Part shown: piece after piece, positions 15,720-25,400 of the stretch | Numbering within the stretch: the first letter of the stretch is position 1 | Layout: each line of letters opens with the position of its first letter | DNA from: a virus | Taxonomy: Duplodnaviria > Caudoviricetes | IMG/VR virus record: IMGVR_UViG_3300044724_000815 | Span: 1 to 38,392 of that record | Reading direction: 5' to 3' (one strand) | DNA: 38,392 nucleotides | Notes under the pieces: generated by a model | The model's input: the letters and a program-made list of their open reading frames with translations, nothing else | Databases searched by the model: none | Told to the model about the DNA's origin: nothing | Position numbers and translations under genes: made by a program

Positions 15720-15748
15720 GGGGGTTGAAATATACCCCCATTTTTTTT
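15720..15748 (+). terminator. rho-independent terminator
   Basis: GGGGGT/ACCCCC stem followed by T8. Confidence 0.85.
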
Positions 15749-15757
15749 GAGGAATAT

Positions 15758-16003
15758 ATGATAAGATTATTAATAATATTATGTTTAATCACACCTACTA
15801 TATTTGCAGGAGATAAGATTATAGATTCTGCAGGTTATAGATTGTATCACAATATGGATAATGAACATGATGGTTCTAAGTATAGAGCTTATGTTACTAA
15901 AAATATAAATAATAATAAGTTTAAGTTTGCTTATGAAAGAACTAGAAATGGACAAGGCTTTGAAACAGGTACTTGGTTTATTGACCACGAAATAAAATTT
16001 TAA
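15758..16003 (+). CDS. small secreted protein, outer-membrane beta-strand-like
   Basis: GAGGA SD; N-terminal signal peptide; amphipathic strands; ends ..DHEIKF. Confidence 0.6.
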   Translation: MIRLLIILCLITPTIFAGDKIIDSAGYRLYHNMDNEHDGSKYRAYVTKNINNNKFKFAYERTRNGQGFETGTWFIDHEIKF

Positions 16004-16012
16004 GGATACTGC

Positions 16013-16798
16013 ATGAAGAATAAAAAAGAAATGGTAAACACAGTTTATATAGGCTATGATGAAAAAGAAGATACTGCATATGAAGTATTAAAATTTTCAT
16101 TAGAACGTATTGCTACTAAACCTATACGTGTTGTACCTATTAAGAAAAATTTAGTAGAACGTATGGGTATCTATACTAGAAAATCTAATATGATACATGG
16201 TCAACAATATGACGAGATAGATGGTAAACCTTTCTCTACTGAGTTTAGTTTTAGTAGGTTCTTAGTACCTGCTTTAAACATGTATCAAGGATATGCTTTA
16301 TATATGGATTGTGATATGTATATACGAGCAGATGTTAATGAGTTATTTGAATTATGTGAAAATTCTTACTATCCTTTATGGTGTGTTAAACATAAATATG
16401 AACCAGAAAAAGGAATTAAAATGGATGGTAAAGAACAACAACCATACCCTAGAAAGAATTGGTCTAGCCTTATGATGTTTAATTGTGGTCACGAAGTAAA
16501 TGAAAAGCTTACACCTGAAGCAGTTAATACTAAATCAGGTAGATGGTTACACACATTTCAATGGTTACCAGATAAAGAAGCAGACATTGGCACTATACCT
16601 GAAGAATGGAATTGGTTAGACAATCATTCTAATGAAGATATAGAAGCAAAGAATGTACACTTTACTACAGGTGGTCCTTGGTTTAATAAGTGGGGTTCTT
16701 CTAGAGAAAAAGATACTAAGTATGCTGTTGAATGGTCTAATGATGCTGACTGGTTACAGATTAGAGGATTAATTGATAATAAGGATTACATGATATGA
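16013..16798 (+). CDS. GT-A glycosyltransferase (GT8/CDI-like)
   Basis: YIGYD, STEFSFSRFLVP, DCD, YPRKNWSS, WNWL, HFTTGGPW. Confidence 0.88.
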   Translation: MKNKKEMVNTVYIGYDEKEDTAYEVLKFSLERIATKPIRVVPIKKNLVERMGIYTRKSNMIHGQQYDEIDGKPFSTEFSFSRFLVPALNMYQGYALYMDCDMYIRADVNELFELCENSYYPLWCVKHKYEPEKGIKMDGKEQQPYPRKNWSSLMMFNCGHEVNEKLTPEAVNTKSGRWLHTFQWLPDKEADIGTIPEEWNWLDNHSNEDIEAKNVHFTTGGPWFNKWGSSREKDTKYAVEWSNDADWLQIRGLIDNKDYMI

Positions 16799-19095
16799 AC
16801 ATAAACTTAGTAACTTCTTTTAATGAAAACTTATATAACAGATTTGGTAATGTATTTTTTAAATCTATACAAGAGAATTGGGAACCTAGTTTAAAAGTAA
16901 AAGCTTATTACCATGACTTTCCTATTTCTAAATACTCATTAGACAAAACAATAGAGTATTCTAATCTTAAAGATAATAGAAAATATATAAAGTTTTTAAA
17001 AGATAATGCTAAACATAATGGTACTGAAGATGGACAGATACCTTATAATGTAAAGCTTGATGCTATTAAATGGTGTCATAAAATGTTTGCTTTAACAGAC
17101 TATGCATTTACATTAGCTGAAAATAATAAAGAAGCAGGTTGGTTAGTATGGATTGATGTTGATTCTTATGCTAATAAAAGATTAACAAAGAAAGATTTAT
17201 TAAATATGTTACCTGATAATGCTGATGTTGTTCATGGTAATGGTATATCTTTTATGGCTTTTAATCTAAGTAAAAAACCACCATTAGATTTGTTGTGGGA
17301 TTTACGTAGAATATATATGAATGATGAAGTAACTACTTATAGAGAATGGCATGATGGTTTTATTATGCAAAGACTATTAAAGTTATATAAGTCTCATGGT
17401 TTAAAGATACATGATATTGAAGAACAAATTTCTAATTATATTATACATATGAATAGTGTTTCTAGTTCTAGTATTATACCTCTTAGAGATACTAAAGGTA
17501 ATCGTATATTTGAATTATCAAAAGATAAAGTATCACAAGATATATTACCATCAAGGTATCAAAAAAATGCTGAGTTAATTAGACATTTTAAACCTAGTAC
17601 TATTTTAGAAACAGGTACTTGGAATGGTGGTCGTGCTATTGAAATGGCATTAGCTGCATTTGAAAATACTAACTTAGTAAACTATTATGGTTTTGATTTG
17701 TTTGAAGATGCTACTATAGAAACAGACAAAGAAGAGTTTAATGTTAAGTCTCATAATACTTTAGAAGCTGTAGAAAAAAGACTAGAAGAATTTAAAGTTA
17801 AGATGAAAGAAAAAAATAAAACATTTAATTATGTTTTAACAAAAGGTAATACAAGAGAAGAATTAAAAGTTGATAACTTGTTTGACTATTTACCTTTTAT
17901 AGACTATGCTTTCATAGGTGGTGGTGATAGTATACAAACAAAACAAAGCGATTATGATTGTTTAAAACATGTACCTGTAGTTGTTATGGATAATTATTTT
18001 TCTAAAGATACAGATGGTAATGAAGTAGAAGATAAATATAAAGGTACAAATAAAGTAAAAGAAATGTTAGGTAAGAAAATAAAGAATAATATATTACCTA
18101 GTGAAGATAAAGTAAGAGAAGGTGGACATACTCATTTACTATTTATATTACATGATGATAAGTTACCTGCTCCTCCTAAACATTTATTTAGTGTGCCTAT
18201 TAAAGTTAATCCTAGAGACTGTGTACCTAAAGATGATATCAGAGGTAACATAAGAACTAATTTTAAAAAGATTGATAAGTGGTTAGGTAAGTTTCCTCTA
18301 CATGATTACAAATGTATATTAGTATCAGGTGGACCTTATATTAATTTTGATAAATTAAAAAAATTAATTAAAGATAATCCTAATAGTAAAGTTGTTACTG
18401 TTAAACATTCTTATCCTAGATTATTAAAGCATGGTATTAAACCTTGGGCATGTGTTGTATTAGACCCTAGACCTATTACAGGTACAAGCACGCATGGTGT
18501 AGTAAGAAAAGATTTATTTAAAACAATAGACCCTAGCACAAAGTTCTTTGTTGCTTCTATGACAGACCCTTCTGTTACTGATTATCTATTAGAAAAAAAA
18601 GCAGATATATGGGGATGGCATGCCTTTACAGAATCATTACGTGACCCTGATGAACAAAAAAAAGGTATACAAAACAATGTAGTTACTCTTAATAAAGACT
18701 TAGGATTACCAGAAGGCACTACATTAATAACAGGTGGTACGTGTGCAGCTATGAGAGCTATAGGTATCTTACATACTATGGGTTTTCGTTTCTTTGATTT
18801 GTTTGGTTTTGATTCTAATATGGAAGAACCTACTGATGAACAAAAGAAAGAAACAACAGGTGCTGAAGGTGAACAACCAAGACCTAAATATTTTAAAGTC
18901 TCTGTTAATAAACAAGAGTTCTGGACAACAGGTGAGCTACTTGCTTTAGCACAAGATTGCGAAAAGTATTTTAACGAATCACCTATGGAAATGGATATTA
19001 ATTTTCATGGAGAAAATACATTAGTATCTGCACTATGGAAACTATCTGCTAGATATACACAAAAACAACAAGCTTTTAAAGGAGATTTAGTATGA
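16795..19095 (+). CDS. three-domain protein: GT-A-like + class I SAM methyltransferase + MptE/DUF115 (Maf)-like
   Basis: WIDVD..EWHD; ILETGTWNG..YGFDLF..MDN; LVSGGP..LDP..GGT..LFGFD. Confidence 0.75.
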   Translation: MNINLVTSFNENLYNRFGNVFFKSIQENWEPSLKVKAYYHDFPISKYSLDKTIEYSNLKDNRKYIKFLKDNAKHNGTEDGQIPYNVKLDAIKWCHKMFALTDYAFTLAENNKEAGWLVWIDVDSYANKRLTKKDLLNMLPDNADVVHGNGISFMAFNLSKKPPLDLLWDLRRIYMNDEVTTYREWHDGFIMQRLLKLYKSHGLKIHDIEEQISNYIIHMNSVSSSSIIPLRDTKGNRIFELSKDKVSQDILPSRYQKNAELIRHFKPSTILETGTWNGGRAIEMALAAFENTNLVNYYGFDLFEDATIETDKEEFNVKSHNTLEAVEKRLEEFKVKMKEKNKTFNYVLTKGNTREELKVDNLFDYLPFIDYAFIGGGDSIQTKQSDYDCLKHVPVVVMDNYFSKDTDGNEVEDKYKGTNKVKEMLGKKIKNNILPSEDKVREGGHTHLLFILHDDKLPAPPKHLFSVPIKVNPRDCVPKDDIRGNIRTNFKKIDKWLGKFPLHDYKCILVSGGPYINFDKLKKLIKDNPNSKVVTVKHSYPRLLKHGIKPWACVVLDPRPITGTSTHGVVRKDLFKTIDPSTKFFVASMTDPSVTDYLLEKKADIWGWHAFTESLRDPDEQKKGIQNNVVTLNKDLGLPEGTTLITGGTCAAMRAIGILHTMGFRFFDLFGFDSNMEEPTDEQKKETTGAEGEQPRPKYFKVSVNKQEFWTTGELLALAQDCEKYFNESPMEMDINFHGENTLVSALWKLSARYTQKQQAFKGDLV

Positions 19096-19703
19096 AGTTA
19101 AAACCATCAAAAGATTATTATGACCTACTAGATTCTTATAAAGAATTACATAAAGAAGAAGGTAAGTTTAGAGGTATAAGTTTAGTACCTCTTGTACCTA
19201 CACTAATAAATATTACAAAAGAAAATAAATGTAAATCATTATTAGATTATGGTTGTGGTAAAGCAATACCTTATTCAAAAAAAGAATGTAAAAGTATAGG
19301 ATTAAAAAAACCTGTGCAAGAGTTATGTAACTTAGACTCATTTGATTTATATGACCCTGCATATCCTAAGTATAATAAACTATCTAAAAAGAAGTATGAT
19401 ATTGTAGTATGCACAGATGTTATGGAGCATATAGCAGAACAAGACATAGACTATGTATTAAAAGATATATTATATCATAGTAAAAAAACAGTATTCTTAA
19501 ACATATCTTGTCAACCTGCACTTAAACATTTTAAAGAAGGTAAATTTAAAGGACAGAATGTACATATATCTGTATTTGATGGTAGGTGGTGGTCAGATAA
19601 AGTAAAAAATATCTGGAATAAATTTAAACATTTAAAAATATATATAATATGTGTGGGTAAAGATTATACTCATGTTGATTGTATAAAAAAGGAGAAAGTA
19701 TAA
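19092..19703 (+). CDS. class I SAM-dependent methyltransferase
   Basis: LLDYGCGK, YDP, YDIVVCTDVMEHI. Confidence 0.88.
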   Translation: MKLKPSKDYYDLLDSYKELHKEEGKFRGISLVPLVPTLINITKENKCKSLLDYGCGKAIPYSKKECKSIGLKKPVQELCNLDSFDLYDPAYPKYNKLSKKKYDIVVCTDVMEHIAEQDIDYVLKDILYHSKKTVFLNISCQPALKHFKEGKFKGQNVHISVFDGRWWSDKVKNIWNKFKHLKIYIICVGKDYTHVDCIKKEKV

Positions 19704-20110
19704 TGGCTTTAACATCTTTAATTGGTCCTGCTACTAAGCTTATAGGTAAGTTTATAGAAGATAAAGACCAGAAGAATAAGTTAGCACACTCTCTAGCTAC
19801 TATGGCAGAGAAACATGCACAAGAATTATCTAAAGGACAGATAGATGTTAACAAAGAACAAGCTAAACATCCTAGTTTATTTGTATCAGGAGCACGACCT
19901 GCTATAATGTGGGTATGTTGTCTTGGTTTATTGTGGCAGTTTTTTGTAGGTCCTATTCTAACATGGGCAACAGGTATTTGGTTTCCTGATATGGTACCAC
20001 CACAGCTAGAAGTAGAAGGATTAATTACATTAGTAATGTCACTCCTAGGACTTGGAGCTATGAGGTCTTTTGAGAAGTCTAAGAATGTAGCAAGGGATAA
20101 TCTTAAATAA
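19703..20110 (+). CDS. holin of the 3-TM (GTA-type) family
   Basis: FVSGARPAIMW, LLGLGAMRSFEK; AAGGAG SD before ATG 19703. Confidence 0.8.
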   Translation: MALTSLIGPATKLIGKFIEDKDQKNKLAHSLATMAEKHAQELSKGQIDVNKEQAKHPSLFVSGARPAIMWVCCLGLLWQFFVGPILTWATGIWFPDMVPPQLEVEGLITLVMSLLGLGAMRSFEKSKNVARDNLK

Positions 20111-20316
20111 TGACTACTGTATTTTTATTAGTAATTTATTTAGGTGATGCTGTTCAACAAAGTGATATGCATTTTCGTGACATTAATAGATGTAGATACT
20201 TTGCTAATAGAATAAGTAAGCAACCTGCAGTTCCAGGTATTAAGAAAAGGTATACTGGTATATGTAAACCAGTAACTTTAGATATTACAAACCCTAACGT
20301 AAGGTTATATCAATGA
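20110..20316 (+). CDS. small hypothetical protein
   Basis: FLLVIYLG..F.DI..C..FA..C.P pattern; TAATG coupling. Confidence 0.7.
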   Translation: MTTVFLLVIYLGDAVQQSDMHFRDINRCRYFANRISKQPAVPGIKKRYTGICKPVTLDITNPNVRLYQ

Positions 20317-20417
20317 ATATATTAGAATATATATTATATAGATTAAAAGATATAGACTCTATGTATTATGAGGTACTTTGTTACATAATAATATTAACTT
20401 TAATTGTAGGAATATAA
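20313..20417 (+). CDS. single-TM miniprotein (34 aa)
   Basis: ATGA overlap; ..YYEVLCYIIILTLIVGI. Confidence 0.5.
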   Translation: MNILEYILYRLKDIDSMYYEVLCYIIILTLIVGI

Positions 20418-20480
20418 ATGAATTTTTTAAAAACAATATTAAATATTAAAACATATTTAAGAAATAATAGGAGTAGATAT

Positions 20481-20546
20481 ATGGAATTAGTTTTACATGC
20501 TGTACTAACTGGTGTTATTGTAGGTTTAGTTTTAATAATATTTTAG
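20481..20546 (+). CDS. single-TM miniprotein (21 aa; alternative in-frame start at 20418)
   Basis: AGGAG SD; MELVLHAVLTGVIVGLVLIIF. Confidence 0.5.
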   Translation: MELVLHAVLTGVIVGLVLIIF

Positions 20547-20554
20547 GAATATAA

Positions 20555-21034
20555 ATGGCACTAAATGAAAAGCAAGAAAAGTTTGCTCAAAACTACATCT
20601 TACATAGAAATGCGACTGAAGCTGCAAAGTCTGCAGGATACTCTTCAGAGTCTGCGTACAATCAAGGGTATAGATTGTTACAAAGTGATGAGGTTAAAGA
20701 AAGAATACACGAGCTTGAACAAGAGCTTGAAACAAATGTTGATGTTGTATCTGAATTAGAACAACAGTATACTTATGCTAAGAATAATGGTCATACTAAT
20801 AGTGCTATTAAAGCTTTAGAATTATTATCTAGAGTACGTGGGGCTAAGAGTGAGAATGATATTGATATATCTGAGGAGGGTATTGAAGCTAATATAGTAG
20901 ATTGTTTAAAAATATTAGGTAAGAAAAAAGTAAATGAGCTTATAAAAAAATGTGATTTTACTTTGCCATTAAAACTAAATAAAGAACAGCACCAACAGCA
21001 CCAAGAAAAAACAGAACAAGAACACCAAGAATAA
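20555..21034 (+). CDS. terS: terminase small subunit
   Basis: LNEKQEKF..Y..NATEAA..AGYS..A...G.RLL HTH; AIKALELL. Confidence 0.85.
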   Translation: MALNEKQEKFAQNYILHRNATEAAKSAGYSSESAYNQGYRLLQSDEVKERIHELEQELETNVDVVSELEQQYTYAKNNGHTNSAIKALELLSRVRGAKSENDIDISEEGIEANIVDCLKILGKKKVNELIKKCDFTLPLKLNKEQHQQHQEKTEQEHQE

Positions 21035-21407
21035 TATTTTCTATTCTTTTTGCTCGTAGTTTTTTAACTTCTGCTATAGCTTCTTTTTTCTTTAATCTTA
21101 TATCTGCTTGTATACGTATTACTTCATTCCAAGCACTAGGACCATGAGACAAGTTAACAAAATTACGTAACTCCCTTTCCATTTGCTCTGCTTTCTTTTT
21201 TGCAGCAAACGTCTCCAAAGCTTCTTCCTCAACAGAACCAAACGACCTACCTTTACTTTTCTTATGTCCATCTTTAACATCTTGTATTGCACCCATCCAC
21301 CTGCCTAAATCTTTAGACATACTTTCTACATCACGACCTACAGAAAATCCTTTCTTTATTGCATTGAAAGCAGTTGTTGCTGCTGCAATCGCTGTTATTG
21401 GGTCCAT
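20958..21407 (-). CDS. phage protein with C-terminal TM anchor
   Basis: MDPITAIAAA..IKKG..GRD..DL..W; hydrophobic C-terminus; AGGA SD. Confidence 0.75.
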   Translation of the reverse strand: MDPITAIAAATTAFNAIKKGFSVGRDVESMSKDLGRWMGAIQDVKDGHKKSKGRSFGSVEEEALETFAAKKKAEQMERELRNFVNLSHGPSAWNEVIRIQADIRLKKKEAIAEVKKLRAKRIENIILGVLVLFFLGAVGAVLYLVLMAK

Positions 21408-21416
21408 ATATTATTC

Positions 21417-21818
21417 CTATTTGTAAGACCATATCCAAGGTCTTGGGCTTGTTACAGAACTCTTAGGCATAGTATCTAGATGTATAAACCTTTTCTCATG
21501 CACACCATTTTGTTTAACACCTATACCTGTAAACCCTAACTCTAATGCTAAACGTACTATCTCAAATGCTTTATGTCCAGAACAAACAACATCTACAGCA
21601 CAACCTTTTAAGTGTGCAGACCTAGTACTACCACCTATAGCTAAGTTATGTGATTCACTTCTATAACCAGAGCTAATAGACATAGGTTGTTTTAATTTTT
21701 CTCTAAGAGATACAAGCATATTCATAAACTTTTCATCCATATTTACTTCACCTGTACCTTTACATCTTAATTCATCTTCTGAAAAGTATTTCCATCTAGT
21801 TACCAATCTTACCACCAT
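21417..21818 (-). CDS. peptidase M15 family endolysin
   Basis: SSGYRS..HN..IGG..SAH..G.AVD..FIHLD zinc ligands. Confidence 0.9.
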   Translation of the reverse strand: MVVRLVTRWKYFSEDELRCKGTGEVNMDEKFMNMLVSLREKLKQPMSISSGYRSESHNLAIGGSTRSAHLKGCAVDVVCSGHKAFEIVRLALELGFTGIGVKQNGVHEKRFIHLDTMPKSSVTSPRPWIWSYK

Positions 21819-22209
21819 ATTGTCTTGCTACAAATTTAACTCCATCACTAACTTTACCACCTTTTTTAGCACCACCTACACCAAAAATAGTTCTTGATTT
21901 TTTCTTAACTACTTTCTTTTTTCTAGGTCTATCTGATGGAGGTGTTAAACCTTGTGAAGAAAAATCACCAAGTAAATCATCACCTTTTTTAGGACCTAAT
22001 CCATTTAAATATCTTCTTAAAGACTCTTTACCAAAAGATTTAAATCCTGCTTTTTGCATATCTTCTTTAGTTACTGCAGCTTTTTCTGTGCCTTTATCAT
22101 CTTTAAATGTTTTCATTTTTCTTTTTTTAGCAGCACCTATATTTTTAGATAGACTTGCTTTTCTACCTACTTCTAATAATCCTGCCATTTTTTGTTTTTG
22201 AGTTCTCAT
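21796..22209 (-). CDS. basic hypothetical late protein
   Basis: K/R-rich; AAAGGA SD. Confidence 0.7.
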   Translation of the reverse strand: MRTQKQKMAGLLEVGRKASLSKNIGAAKKRKMKTFKDDKGTEKAAVTKEDMQKAGFKSFGKESLRRYLNGLGPKKGDDLLGDFSSQGLTPPSDRPRKKKVVKKKSRTIFGVGGAKKGGKVSDGVKFVARQYGGKIGN

Positions 22210-22231
22210 TATATTATCCTTTTGTTATTAG

Positions 22232-22474
22232 TTATTTATGTCTTCTTATCATATCGTCTATTTTGCTTTCAAGTCTATCAAATCTCTGCAGCAGTTGTTT
22301 TAAATCATCTTTAACATCTTCTTTAGAAGCATAGGTTACAGCTATGTTCTCTCTTGTTTCTGATAGTTCATCTTTAACTTTACTAATAGCAGCAGACGTA
22401 GAACGTATCCACCAAAGAAAACCACCTATAGCCATAGTTAATACTGCGTTCCATATCATTGTCATATCTGCCAT
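22232..22474 (-). CDS. N-terminal TM plus coiled-coil protein (lysis-accessory-like)
   Basis: WNAVLTMAIGGFLWW, ..FDRLESKID. Confidence 0.7.
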   Translation of the reverse strand: MADMTMIWNAVLTMAIGGFLWWIRSTSAAISKVKDELSETRENIAVTYASKEDVKDDLKQLLQRFDRLESKIDDMIRRHK

Positions 22475-25400
22475 TACTCTTTCTCCTTTTTATAAACATC
22501 TAGTGGTTTGTTATTATATCCACTATATATTCTAAATAGATTATCTTTAATTGGTTTTAAAGTTTCTTGTTGTTTAGTTAAAATTGACCATTTACGTAAA
22601 TTATTTGTTATTGGTTTATCAGCTTTAAACAGTCCTTTTTTAACCATAGCTCTAATAAAATCAGGACTATAATTTTTTTTAAATAATCCTTTTTTAGTTA
22701 CTGCTCTCATAATTTGATTATCATTTAATCCTAACTCTCTTGCTCTATTAATTACTTGAAATAAATCTTGTGCTGCTCTATATTTAATCTCTTGACTATC
22801 ATTATAATATTCTAAAAATTTATTAGGACTTGTTCCTCTATAGTCTTTAAATAATTTATTATATTCTGCTCCTGCACTATTCATATCTCTAGCTATTCTA
22901 TTTGTCATAAAAGGTAAAGATTTATTAATATCATATTCTTGAATACTTAAACCAGTTAAGTTAAATATTTCTCTATCTAGTGGTTTTTCAAATCCATATT
23001 TATCTCTTTCATATACTGATGCTTGTGCTAATTTTTCTGCTGTATTATAAACACCTGGAACAAAAGCATCTATAATTGCTCCTGCTCTTTGAGCTGCACT
23101 TAACTCTTCACCTTTTTCTCCTATTCCAGTACCTGCTTCTATTAATGCTTGAGTAAGCATACTAAACCCAAAATTATTTAAAAACTTTTGAGTAACATCT
23201 TTATAAGAATTATCTAGAGCACGTAATGCATTTTCCTCTGTTGTAAAATTATCTAATACATTAGCTAAAGGTGCTTTAAATAAAGTAAAAGGGTCAATAT
23301 AACCAAAGTTTAAACGTAATCCTTTACCATCTTTTACATCACCTAAATATACATACTCATTTCCTTTAGCATAATCAGGGTCAAAATATTCTATAGCTTG
23401 TTTTTTAGTTATATCAGTTCCAAAAACATAATCATTTAAACCAGATAACTCTGCACTACCATAAGTTAAACCACTTGAACCTGCTGTTGCTGCTGTAAAA
23501 CCTGCTAATCTTCTAGCACCTGCATCACGTTGGGCTTGTCCTTTTAATTTATTTGTTGGTCTACCAAGAGCATCTGTAGCTTGCTCTCCTAATCTCATTT
23601 GTCTAGCACCTTCAAAATAATCTTTAATACCATTCTTTAATATATTCTTACTACTACGTATCATTTCTGTTTTAAAAGCAATAAAATCTCCAAAGATAAG
23701 TCTTCTAGCCATTTTAACACCTTTAGCTGTTTCACCATAGTTGTGCATATTTTGTCTAATCATATCTGAAGCTGCTATATCTAATCTTGTAATAGGAACT
23801 TGCTCACCACCAACTCTAAATGTTTCTACAACTTCATTTGGATTTAAACCTTTATCTATTAGTATTTGTTGTTGTCTATTTTTTTCATTTAAAAACCCAA
23901 ACCATTTCCAAAAGTTATCCATAGACTGATATGTTTTTAATGTCTTATCATTTAGTTTTCCAAACTTTTTTGAAAACTTTTTTCCAAGTTCTCCTCTAGC
24001 AAAATAATTATCAAAATCAATATCTTTAGATAATTCAATAAAAGCTTGTGCTCTAGCATCACTATCAAGATAACCTAATTTAATACCTTTTTGTATTTCT
24101 TTTTCAACATCTGTTTTAGGTGCATCTCCTATAGCACGAAAAGCTTTTTTAGCTTGTATTATTGCTCTAGGACTTGTATAACCATTTGCTAAAGCTAATA
24201 ATGAAGAACCTAAAAAGTTTCTAGCAATAGATACAGGACTATATGCAGTCTTTGCTATTTGAGTAGCAGCTTTAGCAATAAGAAAATTTTTATAAACTCC
24301 TCCTTGATAAGGAGATATTTCATTACCATGTGCTAACATTTCTGCAAATTCTTGTGTAGTATATAATCCCTTTAAAGGATTATCTAAACCAGATACATCT
24401 GGTGCTTTAAGTGTATCTATTTCTGAAATCTCTTGTGCAAATTTTCCTACAGGAGATGTGCTAATTTTAATAGGTACATTTAAACTAGGGTCCTCTGCAG
24501 CTAATCTAATTGATTTTGCAAAATTATGTTGGTCCATTATTTGACCAAGTTTACTCATAGTTTTTGTATAGTTATTTATAGGGTCTGTGCTTTCACCTAG
24601 TAATGCTTTTATTACAGGGTCTATAGTTTTTTTCTGAGTTAGTGTTTTTAAAGCTTTTTTATAACTATCTCTTGCACCTTTATTATTATTAATAACATTA
24701 TCAATAGATTGTGAAAGATGTTCAAATACATCTACATCATTACCTGATGTTTTTAATATACTATTTATTACACCACTTATTTTACCAGTATTTGGATTTT
24801 CATAATCATCAATAATTTTTAACTCTGCATCAGTTAATTGTTTTTTTAAATTTTTTTTATCTAAAATGTTTCCATATCTTTTATCTGTTTCACTAAATTG
24901 ATTTTTAAAAAAATCAAAAGCATTTTGTAAAGACTCTGGACTAGCTTTGTATTTTGGATTATCAAAAAATTCATAAGAACGATTTAAATAAAAAGCCATA
25001 TTTTCTAAAGGTTTTCCTTGACTATCTTTACTTCTACTTAATTCTATTTTAGATTTTAAATCACCTGATACAGCACCACTATCTAATAAATCATTTTGTA
25101 AATCATCTATACTTTGTCTCAACTCATTAACTGTGTTAATTAAATTATCATCTAAATCTTTTACATTCCAATTTTTGCCTGCTAATCCTTGATTAATTTG
25201 TTCTGTTATTCTAGGACCAACATTATTAACACTACCATAACTTTTCTTTAAAGCTTTTTCTAATTTAGCTACATTATTAGTTATAGTTCTTTGTGTTCTT
25301 TTTCCTGCAGCTACTTTATCTCTATAAGCTTTACCTATATCATCTCCTAATCCTGCATCATTACTAAAATATTTTTGTAAAGTTCCTCTTGGTGACATTA

